Assembly: GCA_004764695.1 (NCBI GenBank)
Contig: SMSO01000031.1
Location: 2,208,436-2,272,435 of the forward strand
DNA: 64,000 nt
Direction: 5' to 3'
Source: Schizochytrium sp. TIO01
Lineage: Eukaryota > Protista > Bigyra: Labyrinthulomycetes
Below are positions 1 through 13,128 of the stretch, piece after piece. The notes under the pieces are model-generated. The model was not told where the DNA came from and searched no databases. It saw only the letters and a program-made list of their open reading frames with translations. How positions within the stretch are numbered: position 1 is the stretch's first letter; every line of letters starts with the position of its first letter. Made by a program: the position numbers and the translations under genes.

Positions 1-366
1 AAGACTGCGACTGAGTCGCTAACCAACTAGTGCCAGAGAAGACTTTCTCTAAAACGTGGAAAAAGGAATAAAAAAGGTCCAAGAATAAAGCTAAGAATAT
101 CTTCTTTGATAGTTGATGTTGCACTTTCATTGACAATAACTTCGACTTCGCCTCGCCCCTCGCGACCTCACGCAGCAGCAGCAGCTGCCGTTCCTTCGTA
201 GCTACTAGCCACAAAGGAATCTCGCAAAAGCATCTGTGCGAGGATTTGGCCTCCGCTGTGTAATTTGCGGTAAGCGGCGTGTTGAAGTCGATGTTCGCCG
301 ATAGGAAGAGCATCAGCAGCTTCTCCAGGCCCAAGGAAGGGCTTAGAGGGTCCAAGAAGACGGCGC

Positions 367-984
367 TTAGCGGTAGCGGCGGAGCTTGAGGGAGTTGCGG
401 ATCTTCCAGTTGGCGCGGCGGGAGGAGCCGATGACCTTGTTGGCGCGGTGGCCACGCTTGCGGAGTCCACGGTAGGCGCGGCCAGCAGAGGTGAGGCCAC
501 GGAGCTCGCGGTGCTTGTGGGTGGGGTTGGCGATCCATTGAAGACGGGCGTCTTTGCGGATGGTGGGGCTCATGGGGTCGACAAGGATGACCTCGAAGTA
601 CTTGTAGGTGGCATCCTGGTTGACCCAGTAAGAGTTGAGAACACGGAGGTTGCCGCACTTGCGACCAACACGCTCCTCAGCGAAGGAACGGAGGTTGCGG
701 ACGGGCTTGAGCTGGTTGATACCGTGGTGCTTGGGCTTGCCGTACACGATACCCTTGGAGGCCTTGCGCTTGCGGCCACCGCGGCGGATAGCAACGCGGT
801 AGACAACGATGCCCTGCTTGGCCTTGTAGCCGAGGCGGTGGGCCTTCTCCGGGCGGGAAGGGCGAACCAACTTCTTGATCTTCTTCTCGTGGCGGTACTG
901 CCAGGCGCGAACGCGGAGCAAGAAGCGCATCACATCGCTCTGCTTCTTGCGCCAGAGCTCCTCAGTGTACTTGTACGCGCCCAT
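367..984 (-). CDS. RPL15: 60S ribosomal protein L15 (eL15)
   Basis: 205 aa, starts MGAYKY...[16 protein letters not shown]; contains [32 protein letters not shown] and [13 protein letters not shown]; ends LRRYR. Intronless, strong codon bias. Confidence 0.99.
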   Translation of the reverse strand: MGAYKYTEELWRKKQSDVMRFLLRVRAWQYRHEKKIKKLVRPSRPEKAHRLGYKAKQGIVVYRVAIRRGGRKRKASKGIVYGKPKHHGINQLKPVRNLRSFAEERVGRKCGNLRVLNSYWVNQDATYKYFEVILVDPMSPTIRKDARLQWIANPTHKHRELRGLTSAGRAYRGLRKRGHRANKVIGSSRRANWKIRNSLKLRRYR

Positions 985-3900
985 CTTGCTTGAGTCGAGA
1001 CTCTACGAGTGAGACCGAGCACCTATCGACCTCGAACTAAAGGGAATTGACGAGACCTTCTCCCGCCGCCTGTCAACCTCGTCCTCCTCTTAGCCTTATC
1101 TTTTCTATTCCCTACTTGTCAACCCTATACTCCACTTTGCCACTCTATTCTCTTCTGTAAGTTACTATCCACTATTCATTTGCTCTACTGTATCCACCCT
1201 CACCACTTCGCAGCCTTTCCTTTCTGCGCAAGAGAGACCACTACACTTAAACCTATGTGCAGTGCTAGTGCGGCGCAGCCAACCAAAGCCCCTTACAAAA
1301 AGATGGCGAGAGATCAAATGCAACAAATGACGCTATTAAACTTTCGTCTAAATGAAGGCCAGTAGGTCAACCAGGCAGGGTCTGCCCTGCCAACCATCTA
1401 TTGTCAATGAGGGGGAGAGAGGAACAAAGGGAACAGTAGGGTCCCGTGTTCCCTGTTAAGGGAGGCTTAGGGAGAATTAAGAGGGGGACTGCGCAACGCA
1501 ACCCTATCCCTAGGAGAGGAACGCAAAAGTAAAATAGGATGCACAACGCAAAAAGAAGGTAGGAGGGTGCACACGTTTGGGCATGTTCTGTTTCATAAAT
1601 CTCTGGGAAGTGTTCTTTTTGTTGGATGATTGTGTGTTGTGCAAAATCAGGGAGGGACTTGAGGAGAAACCATGAAGTCGCTACAGACACGCGTGGAGAT
1701 TAATGCTGCTGTAGTTGTATGCATGGAGCTTCAGGGTTCAAGATAGTTTTGTTTGGCTGTTTTAACAATATTCAAGGAATATTGTGAATTCCTAGCTAGG
1801 TTTGTGAGTCTTCAAAATGCAAACGTACCACCTAGGGATTAAGTATTACCGTGACAGCTCTCCGGAGTGGATTTTTGGTGATCAATTCATACTTAGCGAA
1901 AGTAATGCGTTTCGATCATCGCTGTTGCAATCTAGTAAATATTATAGTCTACCACAACGTTGCTGTGTATCTAGCACCTCTTGATTGATCAAGCAGCAAT
2001 ATCATTCCATGGAAAGTTATTTTGTGAAGAACATAACGCAGAAGAGCATTGAGAACTGCAGGACTATTGTTATCCTAATCATAACAATAGAAGTGCTGCT
2101 AGAGTGGATTGACCGCTTCCTGCGGTTCGTGGCAAGCAGCTTGCGACTCTAATGTGCGCGCTTTGATTCCTTTCTCGGTTGTTCTACGGACAATTCACGC
2201 GACTCCGAGAATCGAAGCACCCAGAAACCATCCTAGATCTGCGTTCGCCTCGGCACAGCAGCGTTGCTTCTTTGTTTGGTCGTGCGAAGTCCACAAAACA
2301 TTACATTGACCAAATAGGAGTAAAAATTACACTCGTACCTGGGCTTCCCCGTTGTACTACGCAACTGCTATAACCGGATATGAAACTCTGGCTCCGGGAG
2401 AAGGATCGTCGCAATTCGCAAGCAAAGCCCAAGCATCTATTAGGTATCGATGAAGCATTTGACTCGAAGAGCTCTTTGTCCCCGCTGCCAGGTGGTCAGC
2501 AACAGCGGAGCAAGGATGTCCTCAACTGACCGCACGCTTAGCTGTCCATGAGCTCGAGTGAGAGCAATGGCCAAGTCGAACTGTACTCACTCCTGCTACT
2601 TGGAGAAGCCAAAGTTCTATATTCATGTATCAAGCCAGAATCTACTCAGGCACATGACAGCTTTGCTTACTCACTCTGTAATGATTTGGTTTAGAAGCCT
2701 GCCTTTTCGCACCTTTCAGGCCGAGCTGTCCGTGAACTGTATACATAGTTTGACGATGTGCTCTTTTAATAACTTGCTCGCAGGTCTTAATCTGAGCACG
2801 GGTGACTTATTCGCCACCCAAAGGAGGCCGACAGTCCCGGTCCCTGAGCATTTACTCAAAGTATCAGAGCCCTGAGCTTGTTGTCCGGTACGTAGGCGGT
2901 TCGCACAAGATCATACCAAGCACTTCTGCCGCGTAATACTCCTCTCAAGGTTTTTATAGATGAATCGTAATTCTCCATTCACCACACGAAGAGCATCGTT
3001 AGCGAATCGGTTCCACTCGCACTGCTTTCTTTCTGAAGGTCGATCCCAACTCGAAGATTTAGCTAGCTAGCTATTCAATTTTGATTGGGAGGTAGATAGC
3101 TTTTGTTTGACCCCAACTATATATTTGCCAGATTGTCAATCGTGGACATGACCCTGTCACCTCAATCAATCAATCTATCCATCTATCTATTGGCCAGCCC
3201 CACCTTCTTCAAACCAAACTGCAAACAAAGCCTCTGTAACTCGACTATCCAGAAACACCCAAAGAAAAGCCACCGCAAAATCATAATTCACTGAAGAGAG
3301 ATTGATCAACGACGATCGACCAATAAAGGTCAATCAAAACGAAGCCGCTGCCTCCAAGAACCCCGGAACTACTCCGTCCTACTCTACCTTAGCTTTTCCC
3401 CTATGCCCACACAGGGACAAGCGTACCCCGTCCCAACAGGTCATAGTAGGTCGATCCGAGTCTGTCTGTCTTGTCTAAGGGTGGTTTCGATACAAGACTG
3501 ATGTATGCATCGGCTAGTAGAATCTGCTAGTATCTACTATTAGGTAAAAGTAGTTCCGATGAGGGCTTGTGACGTTTAAAGTTTAGGGTAGGAGGTTCAT
3601 AGAGCCTGAAAGGAACTCGAAAGACCTGGAGAAGGAACACTTTAGTTTTCTTCTATTTCTTTAACATTAAAATTAATTTTTTAAATAAATAATTCACTTT
3701 GAAATATAATTAATAATTAAGATTAAAATTAATTCCGTGCCTATAGGAATGAGGGGGAAGCAGTCTTTAATAAAAAATCAAGAAAAGCGTCTTCAAGTTG
3801 TCAGAATCGTTGAAAGGTCGTACTGCTGCTAATAATAACGTGGTAAACCTCGCGTTTTCCCTCTCCTCATCCTCCTTCCTTCTTCTTCTTCTTCTCTTCT

Positions 3901-4166
3901 TTTTTGGGGGAACTTTTCTTCTCAGATCGATTGACCATAGATAGATTATGGTCGTGGAATTGCGGTCTCAATTCCTTGGCGCTCCCGACCTGCTTGCAAT
4001 CTTCTTCTTCTTTCTTTTGCTTGCTTGCTGGCTTGCTTGGTGCTGCGAGTGGTAGGAAAGCCCTCTTCGGCAGACGCAGCAGAGCGAACTCGAGGCCTTC
4101 AACTTTGCAGACCCCGCGAATCCGAGTTCCCTGATCTCGGCACGAGCATCTCCTAATTCCTGTTGG

Positions 4167-4286
<120 letters not shown>

Positions 4287-4739
4287 GACTGCATGAATGA
4301 GTATACGAATAAATGCAAAGTCTAAATGTCTGACTGAATGAGAGATATTGATCGATGAACCGATTGCTCTTCAAAAGAAAACAGTTTAACTCATCATTTA
4401 CTTTCTCTGACTCTAGCAGTGCGAGGTAGGCAGTACTACAGTTCCTCTACCGAGCCTCTAGTAGCAGTAGAAGTGCTCGAAGACCCTGCATTTCCATATG
4501 CGCGCCAACTTGCTACTGGGACTACGGTTTACGGTAGAAGGGCGCGCCTCTCCAAAGCTGCTCCCGTAATAGTAGCCTCCAGCTACCCCTAAAGCTAAGG
4601 ACGACAGCGCAGAACCCATCTCCATTTGGATGGTGCCTCCTATGGTAAACAGTAGAGGTAAGCTAGCACTGGGCCCGGAAGAAGAAGAGGTGGAATCGAG
4701 CGGTGGTATCTTCTCTCACTTTTTCATAGTGTTGATTAA

Positions 4740-4773
4740 ATAGTTAGTCAGTTAGTTAATCAGTTAGTCAATC

Positions 4774-4836
<63 letters not shown>
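4740..4836. repeat. (GTTA)n microsatellite with GTCA variants
   Basis: Visible directly. Confidence 0.95.
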
Positions 4837-6809
4837 CGATTAGTAGGTACTAGTTAGTAGGAGCTGATGAAACGCGAGTGATTCTTTGCGTTTGGGCACG
4901 ATTCGCGATGCGATTAGTTGATGGAGAGGCTGGAGGAAGCATATATTGGTGCAAAGAGGGAGGGAGTGCAAGGTTTTATCTGAATCTCTCCGACATTATG
5001 TTCAGGCTGTCAGCAACTCCGAAGAGGTTGGCCCTATGAGTCAAAATGTAAAGTTCTAAGTTTTGAGGAAATCGAGCTCCAAAATTCTATAAAACAGTTT
5101 GTTTGTTTTATAGAAGAAAGAGAAAAAATAAAAGTAACTCTTTGTTGTTGGTAAGAAGTTATAAAATTACGAAGAATACTAACTCAGACAGCATCATAGA
5201 AAAGATAATGACCATGTACAATGGGTATGTGACATGAAAGCAAGCTCTTCCAGGAGCCAAGTGTAAGGGCTTGTTGGAGCCTGTTAGGTTTGCTGTTTAG
5301 TTGACCAACTCGATTCAGGTTTTTCGTATTCTTCGGAGAAGAAGAAGAAGGAAAAGAACTTTGAGAATAGTTATTTCATTTTATTTAATAATAAACTTTA
5401 ATTATAAAATGAACTATTAAAACAAAATTAAAAAAATTAAGAAGGCCCGTGCACGGAGGTTACGGATCATCGTTGTGGCAGGCTGCACTTTGTTTGTTTG
5501 TTTATTTGCCTCTTAGCTTGTTTGTTTCCAAGGCCTAGTCCGAACACGACGTAGTTTCTGAAGACAGGCAGCCGAGCAAGACAACCGGTGCTCTCTACGG
5601 CTCTGAAAAGACCGCTGTTATTTCTGGCTTCATTCATTGCCCATCAGTCTCCATCTCTCACTGGGAAGAGAAAGAGGAAGACAGAATTAAAAACGAAGAC
5701 ACTTTGAATGATAACTACTAGCTGTAAGCCGTAGGTAGGCCTAGTACCGAGTTGATAATCTCTGTGAACTGATTGTTTCCTTTTTAGGTGATTTTTCTAC
5801 TCAGAGAATAGAATATATGATGAACTAGCAGAGTGCAAGCGCGTACAGTGGTGCGATTATAACTCACTTGTGCACGTTTATACAAGTAGAGGTTTGGGAT
5901 AGCTCTTGTTTGTAGGCGGCTTTTGTTTCACTTGTGGAGGGGGCCGCAAGTAGAACAAAATCGCCGCTGGAGAAGGGCATAGGGAGAAGCGGCGGCCCAA
6001 CGAGCAGGCAAACAAACAGCCAGCCGCCACCTCGCGAACGGCAGGCGGAGGCTCGAGTCGTGCGGCGGCAGGAGCCGCTGCCTGGCGGAAGCCCCGGATC
6101 ACTGGGCTGGATCTTGGCCGAAGACGGATTTCTCTGCGAAAGAAAAACGGGCGGAGCTGGCCTCTCCAGGCGGGCAGAGAGACCTCAGTCATTCAGCATT
6201 CATTCATTCTTTCTTTCTGTTTCTCGCTCCTTTCCCTATATCTTCTTCTTATTCTTCCTCTCTTTACATATAAGGGTTCGAAGTGTTGTAATCTCTCGCT
6301 CTTCTCGGCGGATAAAGCTCATCTGCAAGTAGAAGAAGCCAAAGCAGCCTGTGCGAGGTTTCTCTGTAGCAGGTATTGTAAAGGAGGATAAACCTTTCTT
6401 GTATATCTACCTGCAGAAGCGTGTTAGTTCTGTCCAAAGGGTGGGGCAGAAGAACGTTATTCAGGTTTTGTGTTAAGACCACCTAGCTAGCACGAAACCT
6501 CGTTAAACATCCCAATTGCTACTTACTCAGGATATCTCAAAGGTCTCTTCTGTATTGATAAGACTCATTACGTGAAGATTCTTGTTGCTGGCTGTCATTT
6601 CTACGCTGTGTAACTAAACTCTTCTCAAATACTCGAAGCTGGAATTAACTGTGACCATTTACGCTTATGTGCTGGAGGACCTGATTTGCAAAGCCGGCCT
6701 TTCACCTCTTTCGAGGTTCGCGAAAGCCTCGCTTAATTTACAAACTTCCCATTTGCACTGTGTGTTTGTAAGGGTTTTGTCCTAGCCCTGGCAAGAAACC
6801 AAAACAGCC

Positions 6810-9800
6810 ATGAACGCCAGACACAACACCGGGTATCACCCGCCAACACGGTATGTGCCTATTGAAGTTTCAAGTCAACCAAAAACTAGCGTGGAGCACA
6901 CCCCATCCTTCCCACGTGGCGATCTTTTCCACAAAATATGTGACTACTTGCACGATGCAGAAGTCTTTGAAATTATGCCTTTCGTTTGCAAAAGTTTTGC
7001 CGCCGGGCTCCAGAATTTCCCTATGCGCCTTGATCTCATGTTGGATCACTCTATTCCGCTTGAGGAGCTCAGGAACTACCCGATTCGTGTTGTGAAATGG
7101 AAAATTATTGGTGTGCGCCTCGATGCCGCAGGCTGTGAAACTTTGTTGAGATCAGACTTCGAGGCTTTTGATCTGAGGAACCTCGAGCTACTCTTTCTTG
7201 AAAACGTCAATCCTTGTCACGCAGGTGATCTTGGCTCAGTTCTTGACGAGTGCAGGTACTTGCAAGCTCTGCAGCTGTACTTTCGTGGTGAACTTCCAGA
7301 TGAAGGTCAGTGTATGCGTCTCGTGAACATGATACATGAACGCATAGGCCTACTTGATTGCTTTGAGACGAATCTTTTAGACCTCCCAAATCTACCCCGT
7401 AGTTTGCAAAGTGCAATCCGCACAGCATGGACAGCTGCCACTTATGAGCAGCGAATTAATTCCAAAACTGTCCTCGCTGCAATCGAACCGATTCTTCGCC
7501 TAGCTACTGAAAACTCATTCGACAACCAACCAGCCTATTCACAACAGCCAAACATTGGACTAGGTCTCACTCTACAAATGCACCGAGCTAGCTCACACGA
7601 TGATGTCTTAACAGCTCAAAATAACGAGCGCAAACTACTTAACGCATTATTGGAGATGTGCTTGGTACATGGGCGCAATCTCCGTCACAGTCGCGGCGCA
7701 GTGCGCAAGGGTGCAGACGCTTTACTTTTTGGGCTCCAACTTGCCATTAATTATGCCCAGGACCTCTTAAATCTAGCGCGGGTCGAAACTGTTTCACCAG
7801 AATCTAAAGGTAAACGTTGGATGAAACGTATGCAAGAAGAAGATGACCTCATTTCCAATAGGTTTTCGGACCATATCCAATGTTCTATCGTGGACGAGCT
7901 TCGCCCTCCTCAGAGACGTTTCTCTCGTGAAAATCCTGGGTCTACTTCCCGGCTTGCAAGACTGCAAGAATCAAAAGCAACAGGTTTTTCTGCAACTGAA
8001 AACGAACAACTTGTTGAATTTCACCAAGACGAACTCTTTTTGGCATCTAACACCAATGGCGGGACTGCCCCTGGATTTGGTAACCTGCACGACAGTGTGC
8101 CTGTACCAGTTCGTAATCGCTCATACTCTAGCACAAGCGAAGGGGCTCAATCTGCTGATGGAGGCCGACGATTACGTGGCCGTGCAAGTCGACTCGTGCC
8201 CTCAACTAATGCGCCAATGGGTGCTGTTGTAGGCCCCCGAAGCCCTCCCGCACAAACCAGTCATGGATTCAGAATTATATCGGATGCCGTGGAAGACCAG
8301 GAGAATCAATCTCGGCATGCAAACACGTTGCGCGTTCAAGTCCCCCCTAATGACATAAACTCCCGCGACCGCTCCCTCGTGACACCTTCAACATCTTCGT
8401 CATCTTCGAACCTAACACAAAATCAAGCCGCATCCTCTTCCATATCTGACCTAAAAATACCTGTATACGGCCCTGCAAGCTCTCGCTCCTCGTCACTACG
8501 TCGTACAAGCATGTCCCTGCCAGCTCATCTGCAATCAGAAGACTACACCTGGATGCTTGTGCGCCACCTTTGGCGAGAATTTCTCAATCGAATCGGGCCA
8601 CGCGAGTTACCTGAGCTGATCAGTGCGACATCCCACATATGCCATTACTCGCGCGGAATTGACATCACAGACGCCATTATCCTCATGCTGACAATTGTAA
8701 TTGACCAAGAGGGCCTCAATGGGTCAAAGGAACCTACTATTTACGCTTGCGCACTCATATCTGACCTAGCACGACGTAACTTATGCTACAGTCGAGCAAT
8801 CGCAAGTTCACCGATACTTGATCACCTGCTTGAAGATCTCTTTCCCGAACAGCTCGGCATGCTATCTCCAAGCATTGGATCGCCACTTGGAGGTGCAAGT
8901 CGTGGGCATAGCGGAGGGGCATGTTATCCTCCTCAAGAGGTATCCATTGATCTTGCCATGGCTGCCTCGATCTGCGAGATCCTGCGCTATTTCCCTAATT
9001 TTGCTCTACAGCGAACGCAAATCGCTCCGGCATTGGCCTTTCTAGCCAGCCGGTCAGAACGAATCCTTCTGCAGGATCCGTCTGCCCCTGAATTGCAAAT
9101 GGAGCATGAGGATGATTACCCAATGGTATTCGCATCTGCTCGTCGCCTCATTCTCTCTGCACAGACTCTTACATTTGAACTCCTGCGATGTGACGCGCTA
9201 GAAGATCAAACCAAAATCCTTGTACCTCGCACTTTTGTTTTAGTGCTGGACATTGGACATCGGTGGCTTGAAGGTCCACCCGAAGCTGTCCGTGAGGCAT
9301 CTTTCCGAATTGCAGACTGCGCTATATACTTGAAACAAATTGGAGCAATCGGAATTGCATCATGCGACAGCCTCGTGGACTTTCTGTTTGATATCACTCC
9401 TCACCTTGCTGATGTATTCATGAAAGAAGCCATAGATTTTGGGATTGAACTTGTTCAAGAGAGAGAGGAGATTCAGCTTCGCTGGATGCGAATGGGCGAA
9501 AGCATCATTCGGCGACCCCCACCTGACTGCACACAGTATCCTGTGATTGCCCTCCAAATCATGCAGCACATGATTAATCTTGCACAACAGGTTGATCCCG
9601 ATTTTGTCATCGTCTGCCAATGTACATTGTATCTTTTTAAACACGCGCAAGACCTTGGGATGGACATGTCATCCTTAAGTTTGCTTCTGGAAAGCTTTCA
9701 GCACTTGCTGAATGACTTTTTCCATACGTTGGCTCCAGACAGCCAGCACCGACTTTACTCTGCACTTTCTGGTGCTTTACTTCCAGTTACCAACCTTGTT

Positions 9801-10056
9801 AACGTATCTGCTGAGAAGGCAGCGCAGCAGCTGACCATTAACATATACAATACCCTAGCGTTGTGTGTTCCTCGAGAAGATAATGAGCCCGAGGAGCTTC
9901 CACTATATGAACCACATTACCAATATCCTCAGACACACCATCTGCCACCTCAACAGCACCAACAGTATTATCATCATCAGCAGCACCAACACCAACACCA
10001 ACAGCTACAAGAATACCACTACCATAACTACGAGCAGCACCAGCAACAGCATTATC

Positions 10057-10093
<37 letters not shown>

Positions 10094-10166
10094 TTTTTAC
10101 GATCCCCAGCAATTCCAACAACAGTATCAGTACCACTATGAACAGCGTCGTAACGCTTATGAATAA
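6810..10166 (+). CDS. Large F-box-like protein with a helical C-terminal region and a Q/H/Y-rich tail
   Basis: 1118-aa uninterrupted ORF. The N-terminal FPRGDLFHKICDYLHDAEVFEIMPFVCKSF fits the F-box consensus (LPxEILxxIFxYL...L..VCKxW). Leucine-rich segments follow, then a Ser-rich disordered middle and (CAA)n-encoded polyQ at ~10058-10092. The CDS is secure; the domain call is moderate. Confidence 0.85.
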
Positions 10167-10556
10167 ACATATAATGATCATCATGAAACAATTTTGCTAT
10201 ACTTGAGTTTTTGCTGTTGAATTTCTTATCAAATTTAATGATAATCCTAGTGTGTACAGGCTACTCCTTTTTTACAGGATTTGAGTAAACCTGAAACATG
10301 GTTGCAAACATCAGCATTGCAGTAAGTACGGTAGTCTACACAATGACCATAAAATAAAAGTAAGATAGTTTCCAAAGTATCGTTGCTAGATTATGTTTAC
10401 AATCAACTGAGCGGAGTTAGCACTCGCAATCTTTTATTTTTAGTTTTCCGTCAAGAAAAGAGATTCTGTGAAGTACCGGCTTGCCTAAGATGTAACAAGC
10501 AAGGCGTCTCTTTTAATTTAGTTTCATTTAGATAATGAGTAAAGTCATGTAGAGAC

Positions 10557-11975
10557 TTAGGCTCGGGTCGGGATGTGGAAAATCTGGTGAGACACAATGT
10601 GTCTAAGGAAAATACCGAGCGCTGCGGAGACAACCTGCAGCACAATCAATATAAAGCACAGAGTTCGCTCGTGCATACTTCCAAACATTCGCAAGGCGAG
10701 GCACAGTAGTGTCATATTATCACGGTCATCACCCGGCCCTACCTTCGACGGCTCTAAATACCCTGTCCTCAAATTGATGCGAGGCAACCGGTGCCTTGGG
10801 ATAGGCACCATGTGAAAAAGCTGAGGTACAGAGTAGATAAAGTTGACAACTTGTGGGATCACAAGAAAAAGGAGAGACTTGCTAAAATGGCCCAGAATTG
10901 CAGCGGTAGCAATCGTCATTCCTGCGTAGTAAGGGTAGACATCGCCCACAAAGCATTGAGCTGGATACCAGTTGTGCACCAATAGACCGGCTGAAGATGC
11001 AATAAATGGAAGCATAAGCATAAGTGAGAACAAATGGTGATTTCCATCACCGCTGAGAATGTTTTCAGCAGTTGCACCACGCCATTCAAGGTCAAGTAGA
11101 TTGACAACCGCGATACTAAGAGCCACAACCATGGATTGGCCAACTTCAATACCGTTGATACCGGCGTAAATGTTAACAGCATTCGTGCAAAAAATTACCA
11201 AGGCTAGCATGTACCCGTAGTATAGTACACCAAGATCTAGAAGTGCGCCCTGGTTCTGGATCTCAACCGTTGGGAGCTGGTTCAACATTTTGCCCAAAGA
11301 AGTCAAGTCACCAGCTTGATCATGAACCAAGACACCGATCATTGACTTAGGTACAAGAATCGTTGTTGCGCCTTTGTAGGTAAGGAGAAGAGGAAGAGAC
11401 ATGAGCAGCCCAATTAGCAGCTTATGTTTCCACTTGAGATCGATAACGTCATCAACAAGACCAAGAAGAGTTGCAAAACAAATAGATAGAAGCGCTGCAT
11501 TGTACTCAAGCATTTGATTATTCCTTGAGGCAAAAAGCGCTTGCAGAATGCCAATAGAAATCATGAATGCCATCGCTGAGACAATGCCCATGCTCTCAGG
11601 GATGCGCTCTCCATCGTGCGGGCCACCGAGACCGCGTTTGCCAATATCCACGCCAAAGAGCTTGGGTTTAATCTTTTCTCCGACAAGAGGGACCATGTAG
11701 GACGTGACGAAGAATGCCAAGACAGAAATCAGTGAACACACAGCAAGTTGCACTCCTACATAGTGGTTTGTCTTTGACACACGAACCATGAGGAAAATAA
11801 GCGGCATCATTAGACACAAACAAAAGAGTTTGACAGGCGGTTGAAACGCCGCGTTGGAGGCTTTAGTCTGCAAATCGCCTGTTGGTTTTCCATTGTTTTC
11901 ATCTCGCAACTCCTCTTCTGCTCTCCTGATAGGCTCTGCAGCATTTTTCTGCGGAGTGTTTTTGGTCCGCGCCAT
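10557..11975 (-). CDS. DPAGT1: UDP-GlcNAc:dolichyl-phosphate GlcNAc-1-phosphotransferase (GPT/ALG7)
   Basis: Multi-pass membrane protein with family motifs IPESMG, LGLVDDVIDLKWKHKL, FCTNAVNIYAGINGIEVGQS, NWYPAQCFVGDVYPYYAGM, GHFSKSLL, NFIYSVPQLF and PRHRLPR. Confidence 0.97.
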   Translation of the reverse strand: MARTKNTPQKNAAEPIRRAEEELRDENNGKPTGDLQTKASNAAFQPPVKLFCLCLMMPLIFLMVRVSKTNHYVGVQLAVCSLISVLAFFVTSYMVPLVGEKIKPKLFGVDIGKRGLGGPHDGERIPESMGIVSAMAFMISIGILQALFASRNNQMLEYNAALLSICFATLLGLVDDVIDLKWKHKLLIGLLMSLPLLLTYKGATTILVPKSMIGVLVHDQAGDLTSLGKMLNQLPTVEIQNQGALLDLGVLYYGYMLALVIFCTNAVNIYAGINGIEVGQSMVVALSIAVVNLLDLEWRGATAENILSGDGNHHLFSLMLMLPFIASSAGLLVHNWYPAQCFVGDVYPYYAGMTIATAAILGHFSKSLLFLVIPQVVNFIYSVPQLFHMVPIPRHRLPRINLRTGYLEPSKVGPGDDRDNMTLLCLALRMFGSMHERTLCFILIVLQVVSAALGIFLRHIVSHQIFHIPTRA

Positions 11976-13128
11976 GGCTTCGGAGTCTTCTCAGCGTGGC
12001 CGCGTTACAAGTAGCGGAGCAATCAAAGAAGCAGGGTAGAGTCCTAGGTCTCGCAGAATATTCGATCGTGCGTGGCGCAAGGTCTCGCAAAGCCTCAAGC
12101 AAGCCTTCTGGCACCACTCACTCAGCTCCAGTGTCCTCTCTGGAGCTCCGTTGCGAGCAAATTCAAGGTCTGCCACGCTGTCTCAGACTGATAGACTGAA
12201 TAATTGACTGACTGACTTCCTTCCCTTCAAAGATATGTAATTTATATTTCATCAAATATCGTATAGTACCACCTATTAAATGAAAGAAAGGAAATATCGA
12301 TTGATTGATCTCAATCCCTAAGACAATGAGCTTAGGGCCAATTTAGAAGCCCTATTATTATCAATACTTGGTCAAACCGGTTCATCATTTCCGACCCAAT
12401 ACCTCGTGAGCTCTAATGTAAGCAACCTCCCAATCGAACCTCTGAGTTTGTAATTGTACAGGCGATGGGAATTCAGGCGCTGAAGGAGGGAATGAATGGA
12501 TTGGCCGGGGGGAGCGATGCATCGCGTAAACTGGCTCGGGCAACATTATAGCAGGAGGTGATTTTTCAACGAACAGCAGATAATCAATTCGGGCTGAGCT
12601 GGCACTCCCCACTAGTAGTCAGAGAAGACTTCAGTCAATACTGATAGTACGACTTAGTTAATCAAAGAATCCACAATTCAGAAATAAGACAATGGTAAGT
12701 AGGAAGGAGGAAGCTATGTAGGGATGGTGAAAATAGTGCAAGGGGAATTGCTTTGTGCTTTTGAAAACAACGTAAGCGAATTCTTAAAAAATGGAAGCGT
12801 AAATTGCTGTTCATCACCCAAGAAAAGCAAGCTTTAAAGTATATTCAAGATGTATTTCTGTTTTAATTTAGTTCTTGCATTCTACTAAAGAAAGAGTGCA
12901 AATGACTTTTTTAAAAAAGCAGTAAACATGAGCTCCGAACAGTGAGAATCGTAAAAGAGTTGATAGTTCTGTAACAGGCGCAGCTAAATAAGCTACAATG
13001 TTTGCAAAACGAGCTTCAATAAGACTGTGTGCTATGGCAACAAGATCGTCATCTTTAGTCAAACAGACAACATAGGGGGGGCATGACAAAGTGAGATAGT
13101 ACAGGCTCGTTGGTAATCCACATCTCGC

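Noticed and set aside
448-993. 181-aa + strand ORF
   Set aside because: Antisense shadow of the strongly codon-biased RPL15.
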